From positions 1 through 60,107 of IMG/VR virus record IMGVR_UViG_2974779775_000001: a stretch of 60,107 nt of DNA. One strand, written 5' to 3'. Each line of letters begins with the position of its first letter. Positions within the stretch are counted from its first letter, which is position 1. This stretch comes from Samistivirus egole (lineage: Duplodnaviria > Heunggongvirae > Uroviricota > Caudoviricetes). A program made the position numbers and the translations under genes. Positions 1 through 8,000 of the stretch are shown here, one piece after another. The notes below the pieces were generated by a model. It was not told where the DNA came from. It did no database searches and saw only the letters and a list, made by a program, of their open reading frames with translations.

Positions 1-211
1 GTGGGGTATGTTCCGGGCGGGAACAAAAGGCATCTACCCTGCATATTAAGGCTAGCAGACACATGGGCCCACGAATCCAAGGCAAGTAGGGCTGTCAAGC
101 ACCGATAATTAGGCCCCAAAAGTGTCCCAAAGTGAGCAGAAACACGCTGATTTCAAGGGAAATGCTGCCATTTTGCCCGAAATCATGCCAAAAATCCCCA
201 ATTTTAACAGT

Positions 212-675
212 CATTCGTAAAGCAGCCCCAATCTAGCCCACATGCAGCCCCGAATCAGCCCATCTTCCTGGAAAATTAGGCAGTCATCGTAAATGGACCC
301 ACCATTCGAAGGCCAATGAGTCTGACAGACCTTAGATTCATAGATGAGGTGTCGATTCTCCCTATATACATGCCAGACTTGAGTCTGATGTGAGAAAAGC
401 CCGGCAATTTGAAGAAGCTTTCGTAAACGAACTAGATAGATACACACGCATTATAGGGAAGGGTAGGTAGTATATGTATATAGGGGACAAGGGTACTCAT
501 CACTACCGGCCTTGAATCTCAGCATGTCTTGTCTCTCATGTATATAGCAGAAAAGCCACCCCGAAGGGTGGCTATTTTTGTAAACTCAAATCCTTGCGAA
601 ATTGTGGAATCTTCCGGGATTCTGAGGCCCATTCGTAAAGGGAATCTCTGGGAAATTTGAGGCCCCATCGTAAAG
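212..675 (+). repeat. Five copies of TCGTAAA (mostly CA(T)TCGTAAAG) in the non-coding left end
   Basis: TCGTAAA at 215, 287, 421, 633 and 668. The last two sit in ~20-bp direct repeats GAGGCCC(A/C)(T/A)TCGTAAAGGG. Confidence 0.75.
554..573 (-). terminator. Intrinsic terminator, UUCG loop
   Basis: On the minus strand AGCCACCC-TTCG-GGGTGGCT followed by TTTCT; a T-run also follows on the plus strand. Confidence 0.7.
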
Positions 676-889
676 GGGAAAAAGTCGGACATAGGGGACA
701 AATGACTGATGATGTTCATAGTCATGATGTTAGTTAGACTAGCTAAGGTGTCCGGGTCCGACATTGAAAGGTCCCTGGGAGGCGGCCGACCTTCCGCTCA
801 TTACCCCTCGCCGAATGACTGATAGGGGTCCCAGGGACACACTTTGTACTACTCTTCTATGTTAGCAAGAGCGTGAGCCTATGTCAACA

Positions 890-1123
890 TCACTTGGTGT
901 AGTCAGGGAACAGGCGTTCCAACTCCCAGTCTTCCAAGAGATAGGCAGAGTGAGTGGGGGAGGGTACAGAGATACTGACAGCCCTGCCAAACTTCTTTGC
1001 CTGTTCGTTCCAGACCTTACCGATGAAAGAGTTGGGAGTGATTCCCTCCACCTTGAAGTAGAAGCTTCCCGAGAGAACCAGGTCACCCATGGACAGTTCG
1101 ATGCTTTCCTTTACCGGCTTCAT
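890..1123 (-). CDS. Hypothetical protein (start 1123 leaderless, or 1090)
   Basis: ORF with its own promoter; ATG at 1123 lies 6 nt from the -10. Confidence 0.7.
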   Translation of the reverse strand: MKPVKESIELSMGDLVLSGSFYFKVEGITPNSFIGKVWNEQAKKFGRAVSISVPSPTHSAYLLEDWELERLFPDYTK

Positions 1124-1129
1124 GTGTTG

Positions 1130-1158
1130 AGTCTACCAGTACAAGAGGGCTCTGTCTA
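1130..1158 (-). promoter_or_regulatory. Early sigma70/HrdB-type promoter
   Basis: TAGACA-N17-TAGACT. Confidence 0.8.
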
Positions 1159-1202
1159 CCCACCGGCCAATTTGTCGGACCCCGACCCCGAAGGGCCGAG
1201 CA

Positions 1203-1502
1203 TCAGAAGTCGGGTTCGTCCATCAGGCTGCTGAACTCCTCTTCCATTTCAGCAATGGCCTCAGCCATCCAGAGGGCTCGTTCCTTCCTGCGAATTTCAC
1301 GACGGTGCCAGCGTCCGTTGTCCAGCTCATCCATGTAGCGGTGGGCAAGGATACGGCTGTTACCCATGACTCCACTGTTACGAGTCACGTGACCACTCCA
1401 CCTCTTACGGTGAAGCCCGGAACGGGGAATCGGGATACCCTTGGCACTGTTAGCGTACTCCGTGGCGCGAACCACACTGTACCAGTCACCGACAGAACGC
1501 AT
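1203..1502 (-). CDS. Hypothetical protein
   Basis: 99-aa ORF, GGGAGG RBS, own promoter, stop followed by hairpin. Confidence 0.8.
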   Translation of the reverse strand: MRSVGDWYSVVRATEYANSAKGIPIPRSGLHRKRWSGHVTRNSGVMGNSRILAHRYMDELDNGRWHRREIRRKERALWMAEAIAEMEEEFSSLMDEPDF

Positions 1503-1528
1503 ATACTTCCTCCCTTTTGCTTAGCTTG

Positions 1529-1557
1529 AGTCTACCAGAGTACAAGGACACTGTCTA
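1529..1557 (-). promoter_or_regulatory. Early promoter
   Basis: TAGACA-N17-TAGACT. Confidence 0.8.
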
Positions 1558-1634
1558 GCTACCGGGCGTTTGTCCGGCCCCGCCAAAAATCCCCTAAACC
1601 CTTTCGGGCTAGGGGACTGGCGAACATTCCTGGA

Positions 1635-2648
1635 TTAGCTGGCCAGGGCCAGGACCGCCTTACGGATGCGGTTCTTCTCGACGTTGACGACCGGGTCAAA
1701 GCCACTTGCGGCGATGAACAGGTTATCGACGTTGCCACCACGCGGCATCCGGTACCAGTCGATACGCTCCGTCAGAGCGTTCAGAGCACCCGCCATCGTG
1801 CCAGACAGAGACTGCGTGGTCTTGGGACCGTCACCCGTGTCGGTGAAGATGCCCATGAGGATGTCACGCTTCGACTCCCACTTGACCATGCTGCCCTTGA
1901 CATCCTTTTCGGGCTTGGGGTACAGGTCCTGAATCAGAGCATCGAACTTGTCCTTCGTGCACTGCACCTCGAACAGAGAGTTCATCTCACGCTCGAACTC
2001 ATCCGCGTAGGCGAACGTGATGTTCAGAGCCTCACGCGCAGCAGCCATGCGACCCTCGATGGTCTGCGTGTGGCGCATCTTGAACTGTTGCTTCACACCG
2101 TTACGGAGTGCAAAGTTCAGCGTGTTCTGACACACGACACGAACCGGGGTAATGCTTGCCTGAACTGCGACAGACCCGTCATGCGACGTGTTGACCAGAA
2201 GATACAGCTTGGTCACGTCATCGTCACCGACCTTGATGTCACGCCCGATGCTCAGCGAACCGAACACCACACGACCATCCTTGATAGAACCGGCAGTCTC
2301 CCAGGTTCCACCACCCGCAAGGATGCCGTCACCGAAGCCGAACAGCTCTTCGTTCTGGACGACCTTGTACCGCTCGCCCACCGTGGCCAGAACGTCATTC
2401 CGGCCGGTGAAGGGGTTGGTACGGACGACCATGTGAGGCTCCGTCACGAAGTCATAGGTGTCGGACACCAGACCCATGATTTCCTTGATGGACTCCAGAC
2501 GCACATCCCAGCCCGAAAGGTGGGCGAGAGACAGCATCTCCGAAGTGGTCAGCTCCCCCTCGAATACGGTTCCGAGGTTGTGCCACGCGGGCTCACTGCG
2601 AGTGGCGAACGCGACCTGACCCTTGGAACCAATCTCAAGACCGTGCAT
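1635..2648 (-). CDS. DUF932 family (phage/plasmid TIGR03299-like) protein
   Basis: AWHNLG...Y.VVQN.E.F...WETAGSIKDGRVVF...NTSHDGS...TPVRVVCQNTL motifs. AGGAGG RBS supports the start at 2648. Confidence 0.85.
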   Translation of the reverse strand: MHGLEIGSKGQVAFATRSEPAWHNLGTVFEGELTTSEMLSLAHLSGWDVRLESIKEIMGLVSDTYDFVTEPHMVVRTNPFTGRNDVLATVGERYKVVQNEELFGFGDGILAGGGTWETAGSIKDGRVVFGSLSIGRDIKVGDDDVTKLYLLVNTSHDGSVAVQASITPVRVVCQNTLNFALRNGVKQQFKMRHTQTIEGRMAAAREALNITFAYADEFEREMNSLFEVQCTKDKFDALIQDLYPKPEKDVKGSMVKWESKRDILMGIFTDTGDGPKTTQSLSGTMAGALNALTERIDWYRMPRGGNVDNLFIAASGFDPVVNVEKNRIRKAVLALAS

Positions 2649-2706
2649 GTTGTGCCTCCTAGGCAGATTGGTGTTAGGGCCGGTTTCCCTGCCCTTCGAT
2701 GTCTCT

Positions 2707-2736
2707 AGTCTAGCAGTAGGCAAGGGGTGATGTCTA
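2707..2736 (-). promoter_or_regulatory. Early promoter
   Basis: TAGACA-N18-TAGACT-N6-ATCGAAGGG. Confidence 0.8.
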
Positions 2737-2840
2737 CCCATGCTGCCGGGCTCATGTCCACAATGTCCGATTTGCCCGTTGCCGGACCCGGACACACGAA
2801 GGCCCCTCCGAAGAGGGGCTGTGTGCGAGCCTTAGCAGAC

Positions 2841-3281
2841 TCAGTACGCGGCGTCCAGGCAGGAACGCTCCCAGTTGGCCAGGTACATGCCGTCCAGCTT
2901 GGACACATAGGCGTCCACGATGTCCTTCGAGTCCTTGAGACCCAGACCGGTCTTCTCACGGAGCTGCTTGATGCACTGAATCTTCTTGTTGGAACCGACC
3001 TCACGGACGATGTCCTTGACCAGCTCCGCACCCTGCGCCTTGACGCGCGCCTCGATGTCACGGAGACGGTTCAGCTCGTGGCTGGTGGGCTGCTCGGCGT
3101 CCTGCTTACCGGAACGGTAGCCAGCCTGGTAGCCCTCGGCGTAGGACTTGTCCTCACGGTTCTGGAGTTCCCCGGCGTAGATGGCCTCGAACATGTTGAC
3201 CAGCTCCATGGCCTTGTTGAGGCTCATGTGACCCTCGAAGTTGTGGAGGGAGGCGAGGAGCTGAGCGCGAAGGTCCGACAT
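2841..3281 (-). CDS. Protein with C-terminal ribosomal L7/L12 (bL12) CTD-like domain
   Basis: KKIQCIKQLREKTGLGLKDSKDIVD resembles the bL12 CTD KI.VIK.VR..TGLGLKEAK.LVE. Confidence 0.75.
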   Translation of the reverse strand: MSDLRAQLLASLHNFEGHMSLNKAMELVNMFEAIYAGELQNREDKSYAEGYQAGYRSGKQDAEQPTSHELNRLRDIEARVKAQGAELVKDIVREVGSNKKIQCIKQLREKTGLGLKDSKDIVDAYVSKLDGMYLANWERSCLDAAY

Positions 3282-3326
3282 GATGTTCTCCGTTTCTAGG
3301 GGCTCCTTGCCCCTTTCGATGTCTCT

Positions 3327-3356
3327 ATCTTAGCAGTACCAAGGGCCCTGTGTCTA
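3327..3356 (-). promoter_or_regulatory. Early promoter
   Basis: TAGACA-N18-TAAGAT-N6-ATCGAAAGGG. Confidence 0.8.
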
Positions 3357-3403
3357 CCGGTCGTTTTTGTCCGGGCCCGACAGGGCCCCGAAGGGCCCTT
3401 CTG

Positions 3404-3844
3404 TCAGAACCTCACACCGACACCGGAACCGTCCAGCGATTCCACGATGCTCTTTGCGGTACGCAGGTCCAGCGTCGGGAAGTGGGCGCGAAGGTGCTTG
3501 ATGCACGCAATCTTGCGCTCCAGGTTGTAGTAGCTGAATTCACTGTTCGCCCAGATGGACGCACGCGCGACCAACTTGGTGTGGTCGTTCTCAGCGGCAT
3601 AGGTGGTCAGACGCTCCCCGTGCGCCTTACCCTGTCCGTAGCCGTCGTTGAAGGCGGACTCCACACGCCCGTTCGCCTCCTTACGGGCCAGGTCCCAGGC
3701 GTTGTTCTCCACCTCGTTGACCCGCTCCAGGTGGGCACCGTAGATGAGGTTGGCCACCGTGAACGCCTTCTTCAAGCTCATCTTGACACCGTTGGCGTTG
3801 AAGATACGCATGATGCGGGCCTCGTCCAGGGTGAAGATGCTCAT
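3404..3844 (-). CDS. Paralog of 2841-3281; divergent bL12 CTD-like domain
   Basis: Same length (146 aa). Shares MSL.KA, EG/DGY..GK and RKIACIKHLRAHFPTLDLRTAKSIVESLDG. Confidence 0.7.
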   Translation of the reverse strand: MSIFTLDEARIMRIFNANGVKMSLKKAFTVANLIYGAHLERVNEVENNAWDLARKEANGRVESAFNDGYGQGKAHGERLTTYAAENDHTKLVARASIWANSEFSYYNLERKIACIKHLRAHFPTLDLRTAKSIVESLDGSGVGVRF

Positions 3845-3889
3845 GGTAGCCTCCAGTCTCAGGGAGCTTGTCTCCCTTTCGATGTCTTT

Positions 3890-3918
3890 AGTCTACAGGA
3901 CTAGTGAGGCAGATACAA
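3890..3918 (-). promoter_or_regulatory. Early promoter
   Basis: TTGTAT-N17-TAGACT-N6-ATCGAAAGGG. Confidence 0.75.
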
Positions 3919-3976
3919 CCCCTCTTCAAAGTGTCCGGGCCCGACACGGGCCCCGAAAGTCAAGGGCCCGGTAGGG

Positions 3977-4312
3977 TCAAGGGTTGGTGTGTCCCCTTTT
4001 CAGTAGTATCTGTTCGATGATGAATTTCGAATCCATCACGCGATTGAATTCATCATCTGAGCGGCTTTCCGTCCTGCCTGCCCATGCATTGAGAATGGAG
4101 ATGATGAACTGAAACATCACCGCCTGCACAGGCTCAGGATAGGTCGAAAGCAGATAGGCGAATGCATGAGGGTCGAATGACCGCTTATCCATTTCGTCAA
4201 TCAGCTTATTGGCCAGACGCTCATACGACGTAGGCCGTGGCGTTACGAGTCGCGCACCCTCATACATGTCAGGTGCGATGATGCTTGTTCGTTTGAAGGG
4301 ACTACGCGCCAC
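3977..4312 (-). CDS. Hypothetical protein (start GTG 4312 or ATG 4267)
   Basis: C-terminal part of the 225-aa ORF. The upstream part of that ORF overlaps two other genes. Confidence 0.65.
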   Translation of the reverse strand: MARSPFKRTSIIAPDMYEGARLVTPRPTSYERLANKLIDEMDKRSFDPHAFAYLLSTYPEPVQAVMFQFIISILNAWAGRTESRSDDEFNRVMDSKFIIEQILLKRGHTNP

Positions 4313-4466
4313 CCTCTCCCCCAAAGTCTTCCGTTGTACCGTATCCGTCTGAGACGCTGACAGACAGGCCCAGCACCTTTGCCATGAACTCTGCCGTAGC
4401 AGTAGCAAAGGGCCAGGCCGTGTCGTGAGCGTCATCATCGGGCGTGTCGATTTCGATGATGACCAT
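4302..4466 (-). CDS. Small acidic hypothetical protein (54 aa, MVIIEIDTPDDDAHD...)
   Basis: Translated by hand; AGGA RBS; fills the gap between the Lsr2-like gene and the next gene. Confidence 0.65.
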   Translation of the reverse strand: MVIIEIDTPDDDAHDTAWPFATATAEFMAKVLGLSVSVSDGYGTTEDFGGEGGA

Positions 4467-4475
4467 GACTCTATC

Positions 4476-4994
4476 CTATCGTGCGTGAACCTCGACGTCC
4501 ATACCGAGCACCACCGGGGAGCCACAGCCGCAGTGCGACAGGCTGTAACCGCACTTGCACACCTCACGCTCCGAGAGACGGATGCGCTTGCCACGGTAGT
4601 AAGCCGTGTACTCGGTACGGTTCGAACGGGTGGGCTCGGCGTGCGGACGGACATCCTTACCGGTCACCTTGACGTGCACACCGGGCGCAGCGGGCTTGAC
4701 CTCCGGGTTGTCTGCCTTGTAAGCGGCCAGCACCTCAGCCGACAGACGACCACGGGACGACACGGTGAGACCCTTGGAAGCGGCCCACGCACGCACCACC
4801 TTGGCATCGAACTGCCCGGCCTTGGGAGCGGCCTTGACGACCTTGCGAGGCGTGGCGTCGGTGTCAGCGAAGACCTTACCCGACTTCTCAGCCTCAGCGA
4901 TGGCCTCGTATGCGGCAGCGCTCATCCGGCCACGGGATTCCTTGGCCAGGCCCAGAGAGACAGCGTACGCGCGACGGGTCATGTTGACGTTCAT
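4476..4994 (-). CDS. Lsr2-like DNA-binding protein with two RGR AT-hook-type modules
   Basis: VRAWAASKGLTVSSRGRLSAEVLAAY matches the Lsr2 C-terminal domain. The N-terminal RRAYAVSLGLAKESRGRMSAAAYEA is a second, similar module. Confidence 0.8.
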   Translation of the reverse strand: MNVNMTRRAYAVSLGLAKESRGRMSAAAYEAIAEAEKSGKVFADTDATPRKVVKAAPKAGQFDAKVVRAWAASKGLTVSSRGRLSAEVLAAYKADNPEVKPAAPGVHVKVTGKDVRPHAEPTRSNRTEYTAYYRGKRIRLSEREVCKCGYSLSHCGCGSPVVLGMDVEVHAR

Positions 4995-5021
4995 GGGGTT
5001 TCCTTCCCTCGGTGTGCACTC

Positions 5022-5050
5022 AGTCTATCGGATTGAAGGCGGAGAGGCAA
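5022..5050 (-). promoter_or_regulatory. Early promoter
   Basis: TTGCCT-N17-TAGACT. Confidence 0.7.
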
Positions 5051-5091
5051 GCCCCGGTGCAGAGGTTGGTTTCCCTCCCCTTCATGTCTCT

Positions 5092-5121
5092 AGTATAGAG
5101 GACGTAACAGGGTCCTGTCTA
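5092..5121 (-). promoter_or_regulatory. Early promoter in tandem with 5022-5050 (no full gene between)
   Basis: TAGACA-N18-TATACT-N6-ATGAAGGGGAGGGAAACC. Confidence 0.75.
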
Positions 5122-5183
5122 CAGTCCTAAATGTCCGATTTGCCCGAAGTCCGGGCCCGACATGCCCCCGAAGGGGCAAGGGG

Positions 5184-5918
5184 CTAAGCCTTTCGGCGCT
5201 TAGAGACCTTGGACGCGAAACGGATATCTGCCTTACCGAAGATGCAAAGGCCACACGTTACGCACGCGCCACCCTTTTCGGTAATGAGAGGAATGCGCTT
5301 GGCATTCTCAGGGCAGATAGCCCCAGGCTTACCAGTTTCGGTAAGCATGAATTCCTTACCCTGTTCGTGAGTCTCAGAGAGATAGGCAAGGCGGACCGAA
5401 GGGAATTCCTTCTTTGTCGCCAGCGCCTTTTCCTCATTCTCACTGTCCACACTCAGATAAACAGAGAGGTTTTCGTGCCCTACGATGTGACGCACGTACT
5501 GGAATGACCTAGTGTAAATCCAGAATTGCACATCCTGGAAAACCTCAGCCATTCGAGCGATATTCTGTGCGTATTCCGCAGAGAAGATATCGCCGTCAGC
5601 GTGCCAGCGAAACAGCTTAGGCGCGTCACGCTTTTCACAGTCAGCCCTGAAACTCTCAATCATTACTGCGAGATTGAGAAACTGGTCCTCGTTAGGGTCA
5701 TTGAGAATGGCCCAGTTGTTGAGAACCAATTCACGATATGCAGGATACTGCCTTTCGAGCTTACCTGCATAGCATACGGTCTCACAGACCTTTGTCGCGC
5801 CGGGGCAGGAAAACGCCTTTCCACTCGGAATGGAGAATGCGTTTTTGATGACCGACTGTTCCCCTCGCTTGTTGGCAAGGTTGGCAGTCTTACGGTCATT
5901 CGTGCGCTTAAGCGGCAT
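5184..5918 (-). CDS. GP88-like / radical-SAM-like Fe-S protein
   Basis: SCPGATKVCETVCYA Cys cluster, FRWHADGD, WIYTRS and C-terminal C..C..C. GGAGG RBS at the 5918 start. Confidence 0.65.
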   Translation of the reverse strand: MPLKRTNDRKTANLANKRGEQSVIKNAFSIPSGKAFSCPGATKVCETVCYAGKLERQYPAYRELVLNNWAILNDPNEDQFLNLAVMIESFRADCEKRDAPKLFRWHADGDIFSAEYAQNIARMAEVFQDVQFWIYTRSFQYVRHIVGHENLSVYLSVDSENEEKALATKKEFPSVRLAYLSETHEQGKEFMLTETGKPGAICPENAKRIPLITEKGGACVTCGLCIFGKADIRFASKVSKRRKA

Positions 5919-6213
5919 TGCGTTCCTCCGAGCTGTAGGGCAATTCAGTGTTACGGACAATGGTACCGAGCGAAACAGCGTTGATTGTCTTGTGTCCAAG
6001 AATCCACGCCATTACGACACGGTGCTGACCATTGTAGACCGTGCCATTCTGAAAGTTGATAGGCATCTGAATTCCGTCACGCTCGCATGACTCAATGAAT
6101 TCATCGCTCATCTCAAAGAAAAGCTGAGTGAAAAGGTCCATCGTGGACTGACCTTCCTCGCGGTCTGCGAAGTCGGCACGGGCAACGATGGCTTCAACGC
6201 TCAGCTTCCTCAT
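5908..6213 (-). CDS. ParB/Sulfiredoxin-like domain protein (leaderless start)
   Basis: F.ESC..DGI..PI....VYNGQHRV motif; TATACT -10 lies 7 nt upstream of the ATG. Confidence 0.65.
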   Translation of the reverse strand: MRKLSVEAIVARADFADREEGQSTMDLFTQLFFEMSDEFIESCERDGIQMPINFQNGTVYNGQHRVVMAWILGHKTINAVSLGTIVRNTELPYSSEERNAA

Positions 6214-6220
6214 GTGTTCG

Positions 6221-6249
6221 AGTATAGCAAGACATGCGGACGTAAACAA
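6221..6249 (-). promoter_or_regulatory. Early promoter, leaderless transcript
   Basis: TTGTTT-N17-TATACT. Confidence 0.6.
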
Positions 6250-6378
6250 GCCCCTAGACGAATGTCTGAAATGTCCGTTGTCCGCCCCGGACATGACTGA
6301 GGGCCCCCGAAGGGGCCCGGTGTCAGAGAAAGATGATTGCGAGAAAGAACACAATCACCACGTACCAGAGAAAGGCGG

Positions 6379-6456
6379 TCAGACATTCTCGCAAACCTCC
6401 CGGTACCAAGAGTAGTGCGTGTACAGGTAGAAGTGAAGCCACTCAACGAAGTGCAT
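6379..6456 (-). CDS. 25-aa aromatic-rich peptide MHFVEWLHFYLYTHYSWYREVCENV
   Basis: AGGAG RBS 5 nt upstream; starts 2 nt after the stop of 6459-6782. Confidence 0.5.
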   Translation of the reverse strand: MHFVEWLHFYLYTHYSWYREVCENV

Positions 6457-6458
6457 GT

Positions 6459-6782
6459 TTACTCCTGACAGAGAGGCAGGCCCAAGTCGTCCTGCATGTC
6501 CAGAAAGTCCGAGTTGAAGATTTCAAGGTACGTGCCACCCTTGATTTCTTCGATACCGAGCATGTATGCCACGATGAGCCTGTGACATCCCTCGTGAATC
6601 ATGTTCTGCTCCTCATCATAGCAGATGGGAGAGACGATTCCAAGGGTCTGGCATGAGTCCATGAACTCATCCGACAGCTCAGACAGCTTGCGCAAGAGAA
6701 GTTGTTCACGAGTGAGACCAAGAGCCTCGGCGTCGTAGAACAGAGCGTTGTCGATGAGTGCCTTCACACTGTACATCTTCAT
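6459..6782 (-). CDS. ParB/Sulfiredoxin-like domain protein, paralog of 5908-6213
   Basis: SDEFMDSCQTLGIVSPI...IHEGCHRLIVAYMLG. Confidence 0.65.
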   Translation of the reverse strand: MKMYSVKALIDNALFYDAEALGLTREQLLLRKLSELSDEFMDSCQTLGIVSPICYDEEQNMIHEGCHRLIVAYMLGIEEIKGGTYLEIFNSDFLDMQDDLGLPLCQE

Positions 6783-6805
6783 TGCTTTCCCCTTTCGCTA
6801 GTACG

Positions 6806-6835
6806 AGTCTACTGCACTACCGGGCCCCATGTCAA
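6806..6835 (-). promoter_or_regulatory. Early promoter
   Basis: TTGACA-N18-TAGACT. Confidence 0.85.
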
Positions 6836-6908
6836 CACATCTGAAAAATGTCCGGGGCCGCCAAAAGGGGCCCCGAAGGGCCCCCAAGGGGTCAAGCCGT
6901 TGTTGTGA

Positions 6909-7181
6909 TTAGTCCTCGCTGGTGTCCTTCTGGCTCACCAGCTTCGCACGACCGAGCAGAGAGGCGTCAGCCTCCTTCCACTTACGGACCGGGCGACCGG
7001 TGCGCACGCGGGGGAAGCGGGCCAGGATGGCACGGGCGCGGGTCTCGTCGGCCTCCAGGATGTCGAACCGCTGGAAGGGAGCGACGTTGGACGTGGCACC
7101 GAACTCGATGTCCACCCCCTGGACAATCATGGCCACACGGAGGGCGAGAGCGTCACGGGCGGGAACGATACCGGCAATCAT
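6909..7181 (-). CDS. Hypothetical protein
   Basis: 90-aa ORF, GGAG RBS, GC3-rich codons, followed by a hairpin and a palindrome. Confidence 0.75.
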   Translation of the reverse strand: MIAGIVPARDALALRVAMIVQGVDIEFGATSNVAPFQRFDILEADETRARAILARFPRVRTGRPVRKWKEADASLLGRAKLVSQKDTSED

Positions 7182-7294
7182 GTGAACTCCACTGCTAGAA
7201 GTAAGCTGGGGTATGAAGTTGTCAGAGACTTTGGCAGGAAGGGAAAAACCTCACGTTGCGAGGCCCTGTGGCCTGTCCCCTTGTGCTTAGCTAG

Positions 7295-7324
7295 AGTCTA
7301 GCAGGCTGACCTACTCGCAGTCAA
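7295..7324 (-). promoter_or_regulatory. Early promoter (-35 inside the 3' end of the upstream gene)
   Basis: TTGACT-N18-TAGACT. Confidence 0.75.
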
Positions 7325-7493
7325 CCAGGTACTCGGGCTCGTCGTCCTCGGAGACGGTCCAGATGTCCGCCAGCCATCCGCTACGGATGACGCCAGCCGA
7401 CACGAACTTGTGCGGCTCAGCAGCCTCACGGACAGCGTCCGCGTGCTCCTCTTCGGAGATGATGCTGTAGCCCTCGGGAATCTCGAACGTCAT
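7311..7493 (-). CDS. Small acidic hypothetical protein
   Basis: 60 aa, GAGGAG RBS, own promoter. Confidence 0.8.
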   Translation of the reverse strand: MTFEIPEGYSIISEEEHADAVREAAEPHKFVSAGVIRSGWLADIWTVSEDDEPEYLVDCE

Positions 7494-7538
7494 GATTGCT
7501 CCTCTCTTGGGGAGGTTTCCCTCCCTTTCGATGTTCTA

Positions 7539-7567
7539 AGTCTACATGAGAGATGGGGCGGACGCAA
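7539..7567 (-). promoter_or_regulatory. Early promoter
   Basis: TTGCGT-N17-TAGACT-N6-ATCGAAAGGG. Confidence 0.75.
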
Positions 7568-7626
7568 CACCCAATATTCGTTAGGCTGCCTAAGTTGTCC
7601 GGGTCCGACCCCGAAGGGCCAGACTG

Positions 7627-7785
7627 TTAATCTCCCATGTCATCCAAGTGAGCATCGGGAGCGGGCTCGAACTCAAGGAAGGTGTCTTCGAAAAGCACCA
7701 TCCATGCGTAGCCCTCACGGTTGTCAGGATTGCACTTACCACGGTGCATGTCACCCGTGGCAGCACCACACTCAATGCAGGTCAC
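7627..7785 (-). CDS. Small Cys/His protein (52 aa, MTCIECGAATGDMHRGKC...)
   Basis: GTG start overlaps the upstream TGA; AAGGAGG RBS; not in the supplied ORF track. Confidence 0.7.
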   Translation of the reverse strand: MTCIECGAATGDMHRGKCNPDNREGYAWMVLFEDTFLEFEPAPDAHLDDMGD

Positions 7786-8000
7786 TCGGCCTCCTTGATG
7801 TCCATGGCAACCAGCATGTCAACCCTGCTGACAGTGAGGGCAATCTCTCGCCCGTCCTTGTCAGTGAAGTTGAAGGTACTTGCCTTGGCAGCGACCGCCT
7901 TGCGCCACGACTCGTTCGTCTCCTCCGCACTGTGCGAAGTCAGAGTGAACAGAACCGGCTTGTCACGGTGGGCCAGGTGAACAGCAACGCGAGTAGCCAT
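7782..8000 (-). CDS. Hypothetical protein
   Basis: 72 aa, GAGAGGA RBS, own promoter. Confidence 0.8.
   Translation of the reverse strand: MATRVAVHLAHRDKPVLFTLTSHSAEETNESWRKAVAAKASTFNFTDKDGREIALTVSRVDMLVAMDIKEAE

Noticed and set aside
211-764. ORFs 211-447 and 519-764
   Set aside because: They run through the repeat/terminator region, have atypical composition and lack translation signals.
6320-6392. Hydrophobic peptide LRECLTAFLWYVVIVFFLAIIFL (minus strand)
   Set aside because: It reads like a TM microprotein but has only a TTG/CTG start with poor RBS spacing; support is too weak to list.
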